DNA of 64,000 nucleotides from Mobula hypostoma (Eukaryota), in contig NC_086097.1 of NCBI RefSeq assembly GCF_963921235.1, forward strand, positions 213,778,001 to 213,842,000, read 5' to 3'. The position numbers and the translations under genes are program-made. This document shows, piece after piece, positions 23,224 through 37,104 of the stretch (the stretch's first letter is position 1; each line of letters starts with the position of its first letter). The notes beneath the pieces are model-generated. The model saw only the letters and a list, made by a program, of their open reading frames with translations, did no database searches and was not told the DNA's origin.

Positions 23224-25617
23224 GAGGATAGACAAAGGAGAATCGGAAGATGTCGTTTACTTAGAAATTCAGAATGCCGTTGACAAGGTGCCACATGAGG
23301 GACACATGAGGCTGCTTTACAATATAAGAGCCCATGATATTGCAGGAAAGATATTAACATGGTCAGAAGATTGGTTGACTGGCAGAAGGAAAAGGAGGGA
23401 GGGAGGGAGGGGAGGGAACGTCGACTCAGACCATGAGAGGCCTGCGTCGGGCATTTTCATGCCTTACAAGGTGCAGATTGGAAGTCTGTGTGGGCCGCCA
23501 CTCCTCGCACGGACACTAGAGCAATGTGTAATTAAGTGCCTTGCTCAAGGACACAAACACACTGCCACAGCTGAGGCTCGAACTAGTGACCTTCAGATCA
23601 CTAGATGAACTTGGTCACGTGCCCAACACCAAAGGAAAAGAATGGGAACAAATGGGACCTATTCTGGTTTGGTGCTGGTGACTAGTGCTGTTTTACATTT
23701 TTCTGTAATGGGACCACTTCTTTTCACATTAAAGGTCAACAATTTGGATGATGAAATCGATGGCTTTCAAGATAGAGGAATGTCCATTTAGAACAGAGAA
23801 GAAAAAGAACATTTTTAGCCAGAGGATGGTGACTCTGTGGAATCCATTGCCAGGTATAGCTGTGGAGGCCAAGTCATTGACTATATTTAGACAAAGGAGA
23901 ATTGGTGGATGTTGTGTATTTGGATTTTCTGAAAAGGTGCTTTGACAAGGTGCTGCACATGAGGCTGCTTAACAAGATAAGAATCCATGTTATTGCAGGA
24001 AAGATACTAGCATGGATAAAGCATTCGCTGATTGGCAGGAGACAAAGAGTGGGTATAAAGGGGGCCTTTTCTGATTGGCTGCCGGAGACTAGTGGTGTTC
24101 CTCGGGGGTCAGTATTGGGACTGCTGCTCTTGCAATTATCAGTCATTTAGATAATGCAACTGATAGCTTTGTAGCAAAGTTTGTGGATGGTACAAAGATA
24201 GGTGGAGGGGTAGGTAGTGCTAAGGAAGCAATGCGATTGCAGCAGGACTTAGACAAATTGGAAGAATAGCAAAAAAGTGGCAGATGGAATGTTGGAAAAT
24301 GTATGATAATGCATTTTGGTAAAAGGAGCAATAGTGCAGACTATTATCTAAATGGGGAGAAAGTTCAAACATCAGAGGTGCAGAGGAACTGAGGAGTCCT
24401 TGTGCAAGACTCCCAGAAGGTAAATTTACAGGTTAAATCTGTGATAAAGAAGGCAAATGCAATTTTGGCATTTATTTCAAGCGGAATAGATTATAAAAGC
24501 AAGGAGATAATGCTGAGCTTCTATAAGACTCTAGTCAGGCCACACTTGGAGTATTGTCAACAGTTTTGGGCCCCATATTTTTTAAAGGATGTGTTATCAT
24601 TGGAGATAGTCCAGAGGAAGTTCATGAGGATGATTCCAAGAATGAAGGGGTTAACATATGAGGAGCTTTTGGCAGCTTTGGGCCTGTACTCACTGGAATG
24701 TAGGAGAATGCGTGGGGATCTGATTGAAACCAACCAAATGTTGAAAGGACTATATCGGGTGGATGTGGAGAGGATGTTTCCTATGGTGGAGGTATCCAGA
24801 ACTAGAGGGTACAACCTCAAAATTGAGGCGTGACCTTATAGAACAGATGTAAGGAGGAATTTTTTTAGCCAAAGAGTAGTAAATCTGTGGAATGCTCTGC
24901 CACAGCCTGCAGTGGAGGCCAATTTCATGCATATATTTAAGGTGGAAGTTGATCATTTCCTGATCGGTCAGGGCATCAAAGGATATGGCAAGAAGGCAGG
25001 TGTATGGAGTTGAGTGGAATCCCAGATCAGCCATGATGGAATGGTGGAGCAGACTCAATGGGCAGGATGGCCTAATTCTGCTCCTTTGTCTTATGGACTA
25101 ATGAGGGGAATCTCATTGAAACCTTGGGAATGTCAATAGGCCTGGATAGAGTGAAGTTGGAGAGGATATTTCCTGTACTGGGGGAGTCTAGGACCAGAAG
25201 GCACAGCCTCGGAATAGAGGTAAGAATTCAGAATGATGGTGAGTAATTTCTTTAGCCAGAGGGTGGTGGAATTCATTGCCACAGGTGGCTGTGGAGACCA
25301 AGTCATTGAGTGTATTTAATGCAGAGATAGGCTCTTGGTTAGTCAGGGCATGAAACGTTATGGGAAGAAGGCAGGAGAATGGGGTTGAGAGGAAATGGAT
25401 CTGCATAATGAATTGGAGGAGCAGACTCAATGGGCCAAATGGCCTAATTCTGCTCCTATGTCTTATGGTCTTATAGTCTTATAATTAGTCAGGGCATCAA
25501 AGGTTACGGGGAGAAGTCAGAAGACAAGGTTAAGAGGGATAATAAATCAGCCATGTTAGATGGCGGAGCAGATTTGATAGGCCAAATGACCTAATTCTGT
25601 TGCTATGTCTTATATCT
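23224..25617 (+). mobile_element. Cluster of same-orientation CR1 fragments with three successive 3' ends
   Basis: Repeated DVVYL/FDKV segments and LVRPHLEY. The 3' UTR and tail (cctaattctgctcct..tcttatgg) recur at about 25070-25100, 25440-25480 and 25590-25615. Confidence 0.9.
23395..23629 (-). mobile_element. tRNA-derived CORE-type SINE with (CCCT)n tail
   Basis: Minus strand: partial A box, B box gttcgagcc, CORE-like gtgtccttgagcaaggcactt, (ccct)n tail. TSD aaggaaaag (23386-23394, 23632-23640). Confidence 0.8.
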
Positions 25618-28471
25618 TAAATGGGATTTGTTTGGATAGGCATGTTGGTCTGCATGGATGAAGTAAGCAGAAGTGTCAGATTTCATGCTGTATAAGCTAT
25701 ATGAATCCTTGTGATTCCTGGACCCAGTGAGAGTTTGTGAGTGGTGCATGCAGTGAATGTGGTATTAATGTCAAATATTGTCACCTTTGCCTCATTTATG
25801 CAACGCAGCCTTTTTTTAACAGGTTTCAACCAAGATTGTGATTGGATGACATGGAAAACCCCAAAATGAACATCTATGAACTAATAATTGGCAAGTTAAT
25901 GCTGCTGGGCTGCACTGTCAATAGCATGTTCCAGCACTCGTTGATGACTGAGATTTTACTGATTGCTGCCCCTGTTTTTGCATACACGTTACAGAGACAT
26001 TTCCCACTTTACTCGGTAACTTCCAGTGGTATAAAGGCAGAGGTGCTGTTGCTGTAGCCCCAAGTTTTTACATTATGCACGTCTCTCAGTCATTTTTTGA
26101 TATTGTGTGGTGTGCAGTGAATTACTGAAATGAAGAATGAGGAGTTTGACACTAAAAATTAACTTTTGCTGTCAAAGCATCTGCAGCCATTTTTTCCTCA
26201 CTATCTCTGGAATCTTATAAAAATCTATAATTATCACCTTTCTATTTCTTCTCTACCTGTTGACCCTTGGTAACATCATCTGTTGACTGAGTTTCATCTT
26301 TCCCTTTTAACCTAATAATGCCCCCACTTTACCTCCCCAGCTCCTTTTTCAGCAACGCTACCACCACTGGGTCCAAGTTGAGATCAGTCCTGGATGAGCT
26401 AATCCTTCCTCCAACTAACACTGGATAAAACAAATCTATGTCTTTGGTCCAACCTTAAACTCTGTACACTTGCACGATTTCATCCTCTTGACAGCTCCAC
26501 TTTTAGAATGAATGCTGATGATCAATTGATTAGAAGCTACTTTTTCCCCTTTAGCACGACTTTCAACTTTGCAATCCTCTCTGGCACAAAACTGTCTACT
26601 CTGCTGAGGTAGAATTATTATAAGTTATTGTACAGGATTTCAGTGTCACTAGCAGGACCAATATTTATTCCATCCCATATTGCCTTGCAGAAAGTGGTGA
26701 TATGTTACCCTCACATGTGATAAAGGTATCTCCACAACTCCGTCAGGTAGGAATGGAACAACTAGACCAGCAGAAATGAAGAAATGGTAACTTGTCTAAA
26801 TCAGAATGGGGTGAGCATTTTATGGGACCCATCCAGTCAGATCGCTTCTTGAAATAAAGTCATGTCATTAATTTCTCAATCAATTCTGATCTTGTTCCCT
26901 CTGACACCCTCCCAACAATCTGCTTTGGATAAAAATGACCCACTGCAATCCATGACTTAATTGAATAGCACCACTCATTCTGCAGTAGGCAAGGAGATCT
27001 GATGAGTTGAATGGCTCCCTTCTACAGCATATTGTAAGAAAATATGAATGACTACACAACACTTTAGACCCTCATGTACAATTGAATTTGACGATAACAG
27101 GTACATGTACAAATCACACATTGGCCTTGCTGGCTTTCCTGCTGCAGAAGAATTTCTAGGTTAATTTCTTTGTTCAGAAAATGATATGAATATTTGAATT
27201 TGTAGAAGCTACAAAGCTGCAGGGAATGTACCGTCTAATTGATTTGCTTTAGATTGGCCTATCAGAGCACCAACTTACATCTGATTAGCTGAATAGCTTT
27301 CATTGTAAATTCCTATCATTCTAAATAATTAATAATTCAAGCCAGTGTAATTTAGGTCATAATCCTTCCAGCATTTTGAACAACATGATAAAAAATGGAT
27401 CACCTGATCATTTATCCCATTACTATTTGCAGAAGCTTACTGTATGCAGATTAGCCACCATGTTTTTCCACATTACAACAGTATTTAATTGATTTGAAAG
27501 TCTTTGTGATGTCCTGGGGCTTAGAAGGCACTACAGAAGTGGAAGTTCTTTTTAAGATGTCCTTGCCGTTGGGCTGTCTCTTTAACTTCCTTTTGATGGT
27601 GTGAAATACTGGTAAGGGTTTAGTGATCAAACATCACCACCACCTCCACTCTAATTATTGAAGCTTCTCCTCTTAGAAAACTGCAATTAAATGTTATTTG
27701 CTGCCTTGCAGACTGCTCCTCCATCTTGTCCTTCAATGCAGCACACGAATTCTGTCCAAGGGACATTTACCGTTTTCTTGGAGACACATCTAGGAATATA
27801 AGCAGCCCGTTAAACCTCTCAAATAGTTGCAAGATAAATTAAGTAAAGCAAAATAGTCAAAGACTTCCTTCACCTTCTAAACGTCAGCAATCTATAGGAA
27901 TTAGACTGATAATATCGACACTTCCTCTCAATTTTCTTCAGGACCACATTATATGACAGAGAGCTCAGCTAAACTTATTTAATGGGGCCATTGACAAAAG
28001 GTGTTTTTCTTTCTTAAAGATGTGACACATTGGTCTGACATGTGTTTTAATAAGATAATTTTAGTCAGGGTGTTATCTCGCTACCATACCACCCCTGCGT
28101 CTCTTGCAGCCGAATAGGATGCAAAGCTTTTCAATACTTTTTCTTCCCCCAAAACCTGACAGCACAGACATGATGCAGAATATTTAAAAGGGATTCTAAT
28201 GCATGTAACTCTAAAGCAGGCAATACTAAAAGAATGTAAAAGAAAAAGTCACTATGGCCACTGTTCTCCAAATAATCTGTTCTCCAGTGATCTGCTACCA
28301 ATGCCCCTTCCAACATATTTAGTCTGGATAACTGTAGATAAAAATAAAGGGGTTTGATGTGACAGGATTTCCCCTCACCATCAACAGAATTGAACAGAAC
28401 ACTAAAATGGGGGAGTTTGTAGCATACATTATCCGATCTGACTGAAAATTAAGTCAATAGTTGTGGTGCCA

Positions 28472-29020
28472 CAAAAAACCTGCCGGACTAGCTCAGCAGG
28501 TCAGGCAGCAGCTGAGGAAGGAAAAGAACTGGTGATGTTTTGGGTTGAAGCCCTACATCAGGACCTCCCACAATTGTTGCTCGACCCACTGAATTTGCTG
28601 ATGATACAACCATTGTTGGTGGAATCTCAGATGGAGATGAGAGAGCGTACAGGGGCAAGATATGCCAACTAGGGGAGTGGTGTCGCAGCAACAACCTGGT
28701 ACTTAATGTCAGTAAGATGAAAGAGCTGATTGTGGATTTCAGGAAGGGTAAGACGAAGGAGCACATACCAATCCTCATAGAGGGATCAGAAATGGAGACA
28801 GTGAGCAGCTTCAAGTTCCTGGGTGTCAAGATCTCTGAAGGTCTAACCTGGTCCCAACATATCGATGCAGTCAGAAAGAAGGCAAGACAGTGACTATAAT
28901 CCATTACGAGTTTATTTATTTATTTATTCGCCCACATTATGTATTGCACGGAGCTGCTGCTGCTAAGTTAACAAATTTCACGACATGTGCCGGTGATAAT
29001 AAACCTGATTCTGATTCTAA
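28472..29020. mobile_element. PLE terminal-repeat fragment (minus, 28472-28565) followed by a Rex1-type RT fragment and 3' tail (plus, 28590-29020)
   Basis: ctcagcaggtcaggcagc...catcaggac; FADDTTIVG...KELIVDFRK...FKFLGV; aataaacctgattctgattct tail. Confidence 0.8.
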
Positions 29021-29102
29021 TTTTGAACTTTTTCCCCCAGCAAACTGTTGCATTAGGTTCCAGAATCTGCACTCCCTTGTGTTTCAAGTAGTTCTGATAG
29101 TG

Positions 29103-29228
29103 CTGATGAAGGGTCTCAGCCTGAAACATTGACTGTTCGTTTCCACGGATGCTGCCCGACCTGCTGAGTTCCTCCGGCATGTTGTATGTGTTGCTTTGAC
29201 CCCAGCATCTGCAGAGTATTTTGTGTTC
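29103..29228 (+). mobile_element. Short PLE terminal-repeat copy beginning at the hammerhead core
   Basis: CTGATGA-AGGgtctcagCCT-GAAAC. Flanking repeat gttctgatag(t/a)gctg at 29091-29105 and 29225-29239. Confidence 0.85.
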
Positions 29229-29778
29229 TGATAGAGCTGTAGCTACTGGTGGGATGCGTCTGTATGCACAATTTTCTCTATTAAATGGTCAACAGCGCAC
29301 AGTGAGGATGACTTTTTACTTCTTTGTACTTTCTAACCATCTGTACTGTAATTATATTAATAATTTGTGATGACTTCTGATTTTCCGGTCTGCTTGTAGA
29401 ATTTGTGTAACAAAGATTTGCTTATGTATGGTTGTAGAATTTGCAAATCGGGTTACATCAAATCCCATTCTTGAAGGAGAGTTTTTTTTCTTAACTACTC
29501 TTTGAGATTCTCCATACACAGCACATAATTTTTAATATGCTCTTCAGTATAATTCAATGAATACAAAACTATTAAAGTTTATTTCCCTGAAGTTGAGAAG
29601 GTCATTAGTAAACTATTACAATGAGATAGGAGATTAAACCAGATTAAATTTCACGAAGTACCATTAAAGAATGTCGAATTTCTCTGCTAATAAAGGAAGA
29701 TGGAAGCAACAGAACAGACCCAGAACAATTGCGGTTCCTACACGGTATAAGGGAAAGAACATCCAGTTGTTTTTTGTG

Positions 29779-29912
29779 TCCCGATGAAGGGTCTCGGCCC
29801 AAAACATTGACTGTGCCTCTTCCTATAGATGCTGCCTGGCCTGCTGCGTTCTACCAGAATTTTGAGTGTGTTGCTTGAATTTCCAGCATCTGCAGATTTT
29901 CTCGTGTTTGCG
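29779..29912 (+). mobile_element. Short PLE terminal-repeat copy with a mutated hammerhead core
   Basis: gtcccgatgaagggtctcggcccaaaac...gcatctgcagattttctcgtg. Flanking repeat atcca(g/t)ttgtttt at 29761-29773 and 29914-29926. Confidence 0.85.
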
Positions 29913-30117
29913 TATCCATTTGTTTTGCCTGTTTTACATGTACGCCCCACATGGTATGAACTCTATCATATTTACAACTCAATTTGCACTTTTCTGTTTG
30001 CATCCACCTTAATTTACAATCGTCCCACTTTCACCCTATTTACCGATATACAGGAGGCCACACCAGAAGCACTGAATACAGTAGACCTCTTGTGATGTCA
30101 TACTGGGATTTCAGCTT

Positions 30118-30708
30118 TCCCTACTGTATCCTTCGGTCCCGATGTGGCCTCCTGTATATTGGTGCAACCTGACGTAGATTGGGAGAATGTATCGCTGAGC
30201 ACCATAGCTCCGTCTGGCAGAAAAAGCGGGATCTCCCACTGGCATCCTATTTCAATTCTACTTTCCCATTCCCATTCCAACATGTCAGTCCACGGCCTTC
30301 TCTACCATTGCGATAAGACCTCACTCGGGTTGGAGGAACAACACCTTATATTCCGTCTGAGTAGACTCCAATGTGATAGCATGACATCACTTTCTCGAAC
30401 TTCCAGTAATTACCCTCCCCTTTCACCATTCCCCATTCCCATTTCCCTCTTTCACCTTATCTCTTTACCTGCCAGTCACCTCCCTCTGGTGCTCCTCTTC
30501 TGTCCTCTCTTATCAGATTCCCCTTTCTCCAGCCCTTTGTCTCTTTCACCAATTGACTTTGATCCACCCCTCCCCTTCTCCCATTTTCACTTTGTACTTC
30601 TTCCTCCCCTCCCCCCACTTTCTTACTCTACTTATCATCTCTGAAACATCAACTGTTTACTCTTTTCCTTAGATGCTGCCTGGTCTGCTGAGTTCCTACA
30701 GCATTTTG
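30118..30708 (+). mobile_element. PLE 3' fragment (GIY-YIG, UTR and partial terminal repeat)
   Basis: YCILRSRCGLLYIGAT; VHGLLY...LEEQHLIFRL. Confidence 0.88.
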
Positions 30709-32889
30709 CCCTACACAACCTCAGAGTGACAATTCTTACCAAGAGCAGAATCCAACTTCAGAGCATAGCAACAGATGTATCCACGTCTCTTAATAAGTCC
30801 TAGGCTCACAGTCAGTCTGCAAAAGTCCAGTATGTAACATCTGACTGAATAACTCACTGCCACTATTTCCCTTTGGAACAACAGACCAAGCCATATTCTC
30901 TGTTTTATTGTTCAGACTACTTTTCCATAATTTTCTATCCTCTTCCTCTTCACAAATCCTTTTGGAGTGTGGTTCTTTGGATGGCAATTATCCTCTCTTT
31001 ATAATCTTCACTTCTTACCTTGACTGGGAGAGTTGGCAGACTATAATATTGTCAGGGTAATACAACTTGGCCTTATTTGATCTTGTGTGATATGCATATA
31101 TGTTAGCAGAGTACCGCATTCAGGGTTAGGAACAATTGGCCAAGTTTCTCCTCCCAACCTACTTTATCAAAATAATTGCTGAGTAGCCCACTTCAAAAGT
31201 AATTAATTAATTCTTGGCATTATGTGAAGTTTCTCAACCTGAGACATAAAGCCCATGTCAGCAAGTGCACATAAATTAAATTAGATTTGGTGTCAAGTTT
31301 TCCTGTCTTGTGTGTGTTGTCCAGTTCCTACCAGGGACAGCTACATTATCAGTAGAGTATAATGTCTGCTTATCACCATCTTGCCTTACCATCACAGAAA
31401 GATCTAATACTGGCCTAGCTAGACAGTAACTTATATAATGCTGTACAAACAGCCACTCTTCTCTGCAAAAGTAGTGGAATGCAAAGAGTTAAAGTTCCTC
31501 TAAATTTAGTGTAGGCGATTGAGAGAATAACCTTAAGTGGCACTGCTTAAGTGTCATGTTCCGCTGGGGCTGAATCTGTGGAAGGACTGCTTTTAATATA
31601 CTATGTGGTAGGAAAGTCAATTACTAGGCTTTTCTTCCTCGCTCCTAGAACGTGAGATCAAATTGATGTAATTTATTTTAAATTCTTATCATTAAAGAAC
31701 TTAAATATGAAGTATGATTTATCTTTTCCCTCTCATACCTCTGGGCATTGTGTGAATCAGTGAAGGTAACCATAATGAACTGGTGCTGTAGTGAGAATTA
31801 CTGGGTAGCACATACCGAGCAAACTCTTTCCCCTCACCTCTCCAGTCCAACACTTTCAGATTTGGAATGTTTGGACAGATGTTGTGTTATTTTATCCTTT
31901 GCTACTGATTTACCAAATCTGTGATCTGTTTGATGACAATAAACTAATTTAGGTTACGTAATTCTATTCTAAAATGAGAATCATGATTGCTGTTTTCAGC
32001 CACTTTGGTGCAGTATGTTAAGGGGAATTGAATCTACTAATTTAATTTTGAAAGCACACTGAAACAGTGAAATGTAGATTAATTCTTCATCTACTGTATT
32101 ACATGTTGTTATAGCCATAATAAATGTGCAATTACATTGCTTTTTAGGAGCTGTGTCTTATCAGTGTGTTGCCCTTTGAGATACATTGGATGATTTAATG
32201 ACGCAAATCAGCTTCTGACTTTGACAGTTACAGTCAAGGAACGTTGGTTATTTTCAATACTGTTATATGCACATAATTAATACTGCGATATTAATTCTGG
32301 AACAAAATTCTTTTTCATGTTGTGGCCTTTGTTTGAAGAATCACCTGATAATATAGTCACGAATGCCCGCTCTACACGTGTTAGCATTTGTAAGCTATGC
32401 TGTTGTGAACGGTGACCTCAATCTTGTTTACATCCAATGTTCAGTTTCCTGCAGTGTTTGTGCACTAGTAATTAGAAGCAGCAACTCTGACTGATTCTTC
32501 CCTCACTTCCTGGCCAGGCATGCTGAGGCTAATTGAAACATATTACATGAGAGGACCAGCCAAAAACAACAATCACACACATTTGTAACAGATTCTTTCA
32601 AAGTTTGGTAGGTTTTTGATTTAGCATTCTTCTAATCCAGGTTCTTCGCTACTAAGCTAAGTGGTCTAATTTTAAATTATAAATTCCCCTCCATAAACCA
32701 CCAGTGCTGGCTTTCAGGATTGTTACAAATTCTTCTGACCTTGTATATTTCATTACATTCAGTCCTCTACCTATTACACATGTCCTCTACCTTTTAGAGT
32801 TCATTTATGTACCTCATGATGCTTGGATTTTAATGATGTAGGGTTAAAATTTCTTAAGGATATTTCGTTAAGGGCTATGTATAATAATC

Positions 32890-33013
32890 GTAAACATGAG
32901 AAAGTCTGCAGATGCTGGAAATCCAGGGCAACACACACAAAATGCCCAAAACGTTGACTTTTAATTCTTTTCCATAGACCTGCTGAGTTCCTTCAGCATT
33001 TTATGTGTGTTGC
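32890..33013 (-). mobile_element. Short inverted composite of the PLE terminal repeat
   Basis: Antisense end with tail (ctgcagatgctggaaatcc..gcaacacacacaaaatgc) joined to a sense piece ending gtgtgttgc. Confidence 0.8.
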
Positions 33014-35754
33014 TGTGTATCAAGTTTGCAGACCAGACTGATACTATCACTTAGTACATAAAATAGCTGATTTATCAATAGTTGAGAGATTTACGTACTC
33101 AGAGAGCCAGCCCTTACAACATTAATTTAAAACTCACAGTGTATAGCAATAAAGCTAACCTTTATATCTGTCACAGTTAAACTCAGGTCTTCTAAACATA
33201 TACCATACTAATTATTTTAATCAATTCTCTTCACTACAGATTCAGTATCCCATAAAAAATGTATTAAGATGGCATTGTGGATATGACCTAAATGGCACTG
33301 TGGATATGACCTAAGCTGATCTGTTCAGTTCCCATTAATTAATGAACAGTAAACCTGAGTAAGGGTCTAGGGGGCTCTGGATAGAGGTAATACCTTTGAT
33401 GTCTGGCAGCTGCACTCTACCTAGTATCACTGGTCCTCATTCATCTCCTAAATCTCTCACATCTGTCTCCAGGTGGCACACCCCGGTACACCACTTCAGC
33501 TGGTGGGCTAAGCAACGTGAGGGGGTGCTGTTAACACGGCACCACCGGGCAAAGGACCTCGTCGACAAAGTCACCAGCCGGAGCGGGTGAGTTCCTCAAA
33601 GAACTACAATGGCCACGTGTTCGAGACCAGGGTGAGTCACCGAGTTGGAAGGCGTTAGCTGAGGTCTGGCCTGGAGAGGGATGGGCACCGCCCGGCCTCA
33701 CTAGCCCAAGACACTCGAAAGCGCCCCTATGACCCAGAAAAAGGGTTTCAGGATCCGAACTGAACTGAAACCTGAGTATTTTCTGGAGATTTACACACTT
33801 ACTGAAACCTGCTATCATATCAGCACCTCTTAAAGGGGTGGATACCACAGTCATGGGAAGAGGCACTTCAGTTCACAAATGTTGTCCCGAAGAGCTCAGT
33901 GGAAAAGAGGAACACCCAGCTGGACATTCTGCACGCTAGGAGGGCCACAAGGTGAGAAAGAAAATACCAGTAGGGCAGTGGCACCAGTGATCCTGAGGAC
34001 CTGGTCCAAATGCTGCACCATTTAATCACCACTAACTAGTGATCAACGTTAGTGGAAATAGTAACACGTCCCATCTGTCATCATGTGCGCATTATAATTG
34101 TGTTTGATACTACAACAATCTCACAAGTCCATCTCTCACCTTCTGTACTCTTAATAACCATTTAACCTAGAGCAGATCCAGTAAGCATACATGTTCCTTA
34201 ATGCAATAGCTGGGGAAGGTGAGTGTACTATTGATAGATCAGCTATATTATGTGCTAAGTGATAGTATCACTTTGGCCTACAAACTTCCTTGAACTAAAT
34301 AACTTAGCCAGTAATGTATGGTTGATGCAGGGCCAGTTAACATAACCCCATTGTTCTGCTCAGCATTTCTTGAGTAGCCAGCCCTGTGCTGTGGGCCGGC
34401 AGCCTGTGCTTTTCGGCAGTGCCCTTGTTTTGCAAAGTTGTCCTTTTAACTTCATACAGATCATTGCTTGCAATTCACATTAAGAACTAAAGACTGGTTC
34501 CAGTTCACAACAAGAAGTTGAGCAAGGAGCCTTGTTTTGGAGTTTAACTTACTCAAAAACAACTCTTTGATCCCTGGAAGTGTCAGCTCCAAATAAACGA
34601 TGAGCTTGACAGAAAGTACCCCGCCCCATCTTCCACGCACTCCCCCCTCCCCACACTCATGTCCTCGGCAGTGAATATCTATATCCATCACACACCTTCC
34701 CAGAATCCCAGTGATAGAACATAGATATGAAAGTCCAGTAAGCTCTTGTTTGGGAAGTTTGGGAACTGTCAGGTAGAAATGTCAGCCAGCAACTCAGTGT
34801 GGAACTGGCACCCAGAGAGAACCTCCCCATGTCTCTCTCAGCTGCTATGAGCTCTCATCTCAAACTGTCAGGTAGCTGACGGTAGCTTCAATTAGTTCAG
34901 GTACATAATTCCCTGCTGTTTATACCTGCCTCCCAATGCATGTTCTATACTGAGCGTTCATTGTATTTCTTATTCATTTTCATGGGTCTTATAAACATAA
35001 ATCTGTGTCCTGTTGTTTTTTGATCAAATGATTATGAAACCAAACAAAATCTTAACAATGCAAGTAAATGTTGGGATAACCAATTGCTTAGTACTTAAAT
35101 TAAAAAAGACTGAATGCATCCCTGGCCCTGGATATTACAGTTCTCGGGCGATCTCAATGCACATTATTGTTTAGTTTAGATTTTCATAAGATAATTAGTC
35201 TAGTGTTTAGAAAGTGATGACACAAATGTGTAATGTCTATGAAAACACAGAAGAGCAGTGACTGGTATATTATGACTGTTGTTAGCTGATCAGGAATCAT
35301 TGTCCATCAGCCAACAATTCTGTATAGTGAACCCTACAATGCACAAGAAACATTGAAACTCAACACAAATTTTTTTGATTTTACTGTCTCTTGTTCTCAG
35401 CCACATATTTTGCTCTTCTGAAATATTATTCAAAATAAATGTATTTAAATGGAGTGACCATTAATCTGCTGGTATCTCCAAGTGCCCTTTCTGGACTTAA
35501 TTTATCAAGTCTGTTCTGATCCTACTGGCAAATAGGACATGAAAATCCCTGGATGGCTTCTGTTCTACTTTTCTTTCACATCAATGGAAATAAACTACTT
35601 TTATGTTTTGGCTCCTTGTGGTGACTTGAGAAGGGCAGTGTCACGGTAACTATCAATAGAAGTGAAAACAACTTTTTCCTGCTTTCTCACAATCACTGAA
35701 GTTACAGTCACCTAAACAGTGGCGGGGGGGGTGGTGCAGAGGGGATGGGGGTGG

Positions 35755-36190
35755 GGGTCAGTGCACATTCTCCTGTCTACATCAACGGTGTTGGGGTTGA
35801 GAGCTTTAAGTTCTTTGGTGTGAAGAACACCAGCAGCCTGCCTACCCCAAACCCTGTCTTCTCCTCTCTCCCTTTAGGCAGAAGATACAAAATCCTGAAT
35901 GCACATGTCATCAGAATAAAGGATTGTTTCTATCCCACTGTTATCGGACACTTGAATAGACCTCTTGTATAATAAGATAGATTCTTGGCCTCACAATCTA
36001 CCTTGTTATGATCTTACAATTTATCATTTATTTCCACTACGCTTACTTTGGCAGCCTTTACACTTTATCTGCATTGTTACTGTTTTACCTTAATCCTAGT
36101 TCAGTGCACTGTGTAATGATCTGATTTGTATGAACCCCATGCAAGACAAACTTTTCACTGTATCCTGGTACATGTACAACCAATACTAAT
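35755..36190 (+). mobile_element. Internally deleted Rex1/L2-like LINE 3' remnant
   Basis: PVYINGVGVESFKFFGV...LPLGRRY...RIKDCFYPTVI, followed by a 3' UTR. Confidence 0.7.
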
Positions 36191-36368
36191 ACTAGTACTG
36201 TGATCTATTAAATGGTGAGGCAGGTTGGGGGTGGGGATGGTCCCTGGGGCAGATTTTGACTCGTTGACAGGTGATTGGTTGCTAGCACTTAAAGTGAAAG
36301 AGCCATGGTCCTGAAACTCCAAACTTGCTTACACCAAGCCAATGAAAACCGGCGAGATGGTTTTCCTA

Positions 36369-36903
36369 CAATACTGTACAAAAGCCTTAGGCACATTTAT
36401 ATAGCTAAGGTGCCTAAGACTTTTACACAGTACTATAGTTGTCAATGTGGTGTGGAGAGTGAGTTTGTAAATCTGGCGGGATCAAAGGACGTTGGGAATA
36501 GCGTGGGCGGAATGCTGCGGGAGGGGTGTGGGACAAGTGGCAGAGAAGGAGTGCTATGGTGGGGGTGGCATGGGTGCAGGTACACCCATCCCGAGACACT
36601 AGGCAAGGTATTTTGATTCCAAACAATTGGTTTATTGATCATTACAGAATGTCACTCTGGTGTTTCCCACTCCATCCTCTCTCACTTCCCCTTTTCCCAA
36701 CCATGATTCCGCCTCCCTGCCCCCTTCCTTCTCAGTCTGCAATAGAGACCCATATCCTAATCAGGTTTATAATCACTCACATATGTCATGAAAAAGTTTA
36801 TGTGGCAGCAATACAGTGCAATACATTAAATTACTATAATACTATGTAAAAGTCTTAGGTATCTTAGCAAGAAATATGTGCCTAAAACTTTTACACAGTA
36901 CTG
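36369..36903. mobile_element. Tc1/mariner-type MITE with self-palindromic terminal inverted repeats of about 65 bp
   Basis: TA flanks at 36367-36368 and 36904-36905; termini ca(a/g)tactgt..aaaag..ttaggcac; each end carries this motif twice, in opposite orientations. Confidence 0.75.
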
Positions 36904-37104
36904 TATGCAGGCAAACAGTTTGAAGCCTGCCAACACTAGGCCCCTCCATCGCCAAATAGAGGAAGTTTGATGACAATGCCGACAATGTAAAGGAAAGATT
37001 TGGGTTGGACATGTCCTGGGATATTAGACAATTTTTTTGGCCTCAGAGAATTTTCACTCCTTTGGGTAAACTAATTTCAAAAGTCATTGTAAATGCAGAT
37101 CAAA

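Noticed and set aside
33270..33314. 23-bp tandem duplication (tggcaYtgtggatatgacctaa)
   Set aside because: Two units only; an ordinary slippage duplication, not an array.
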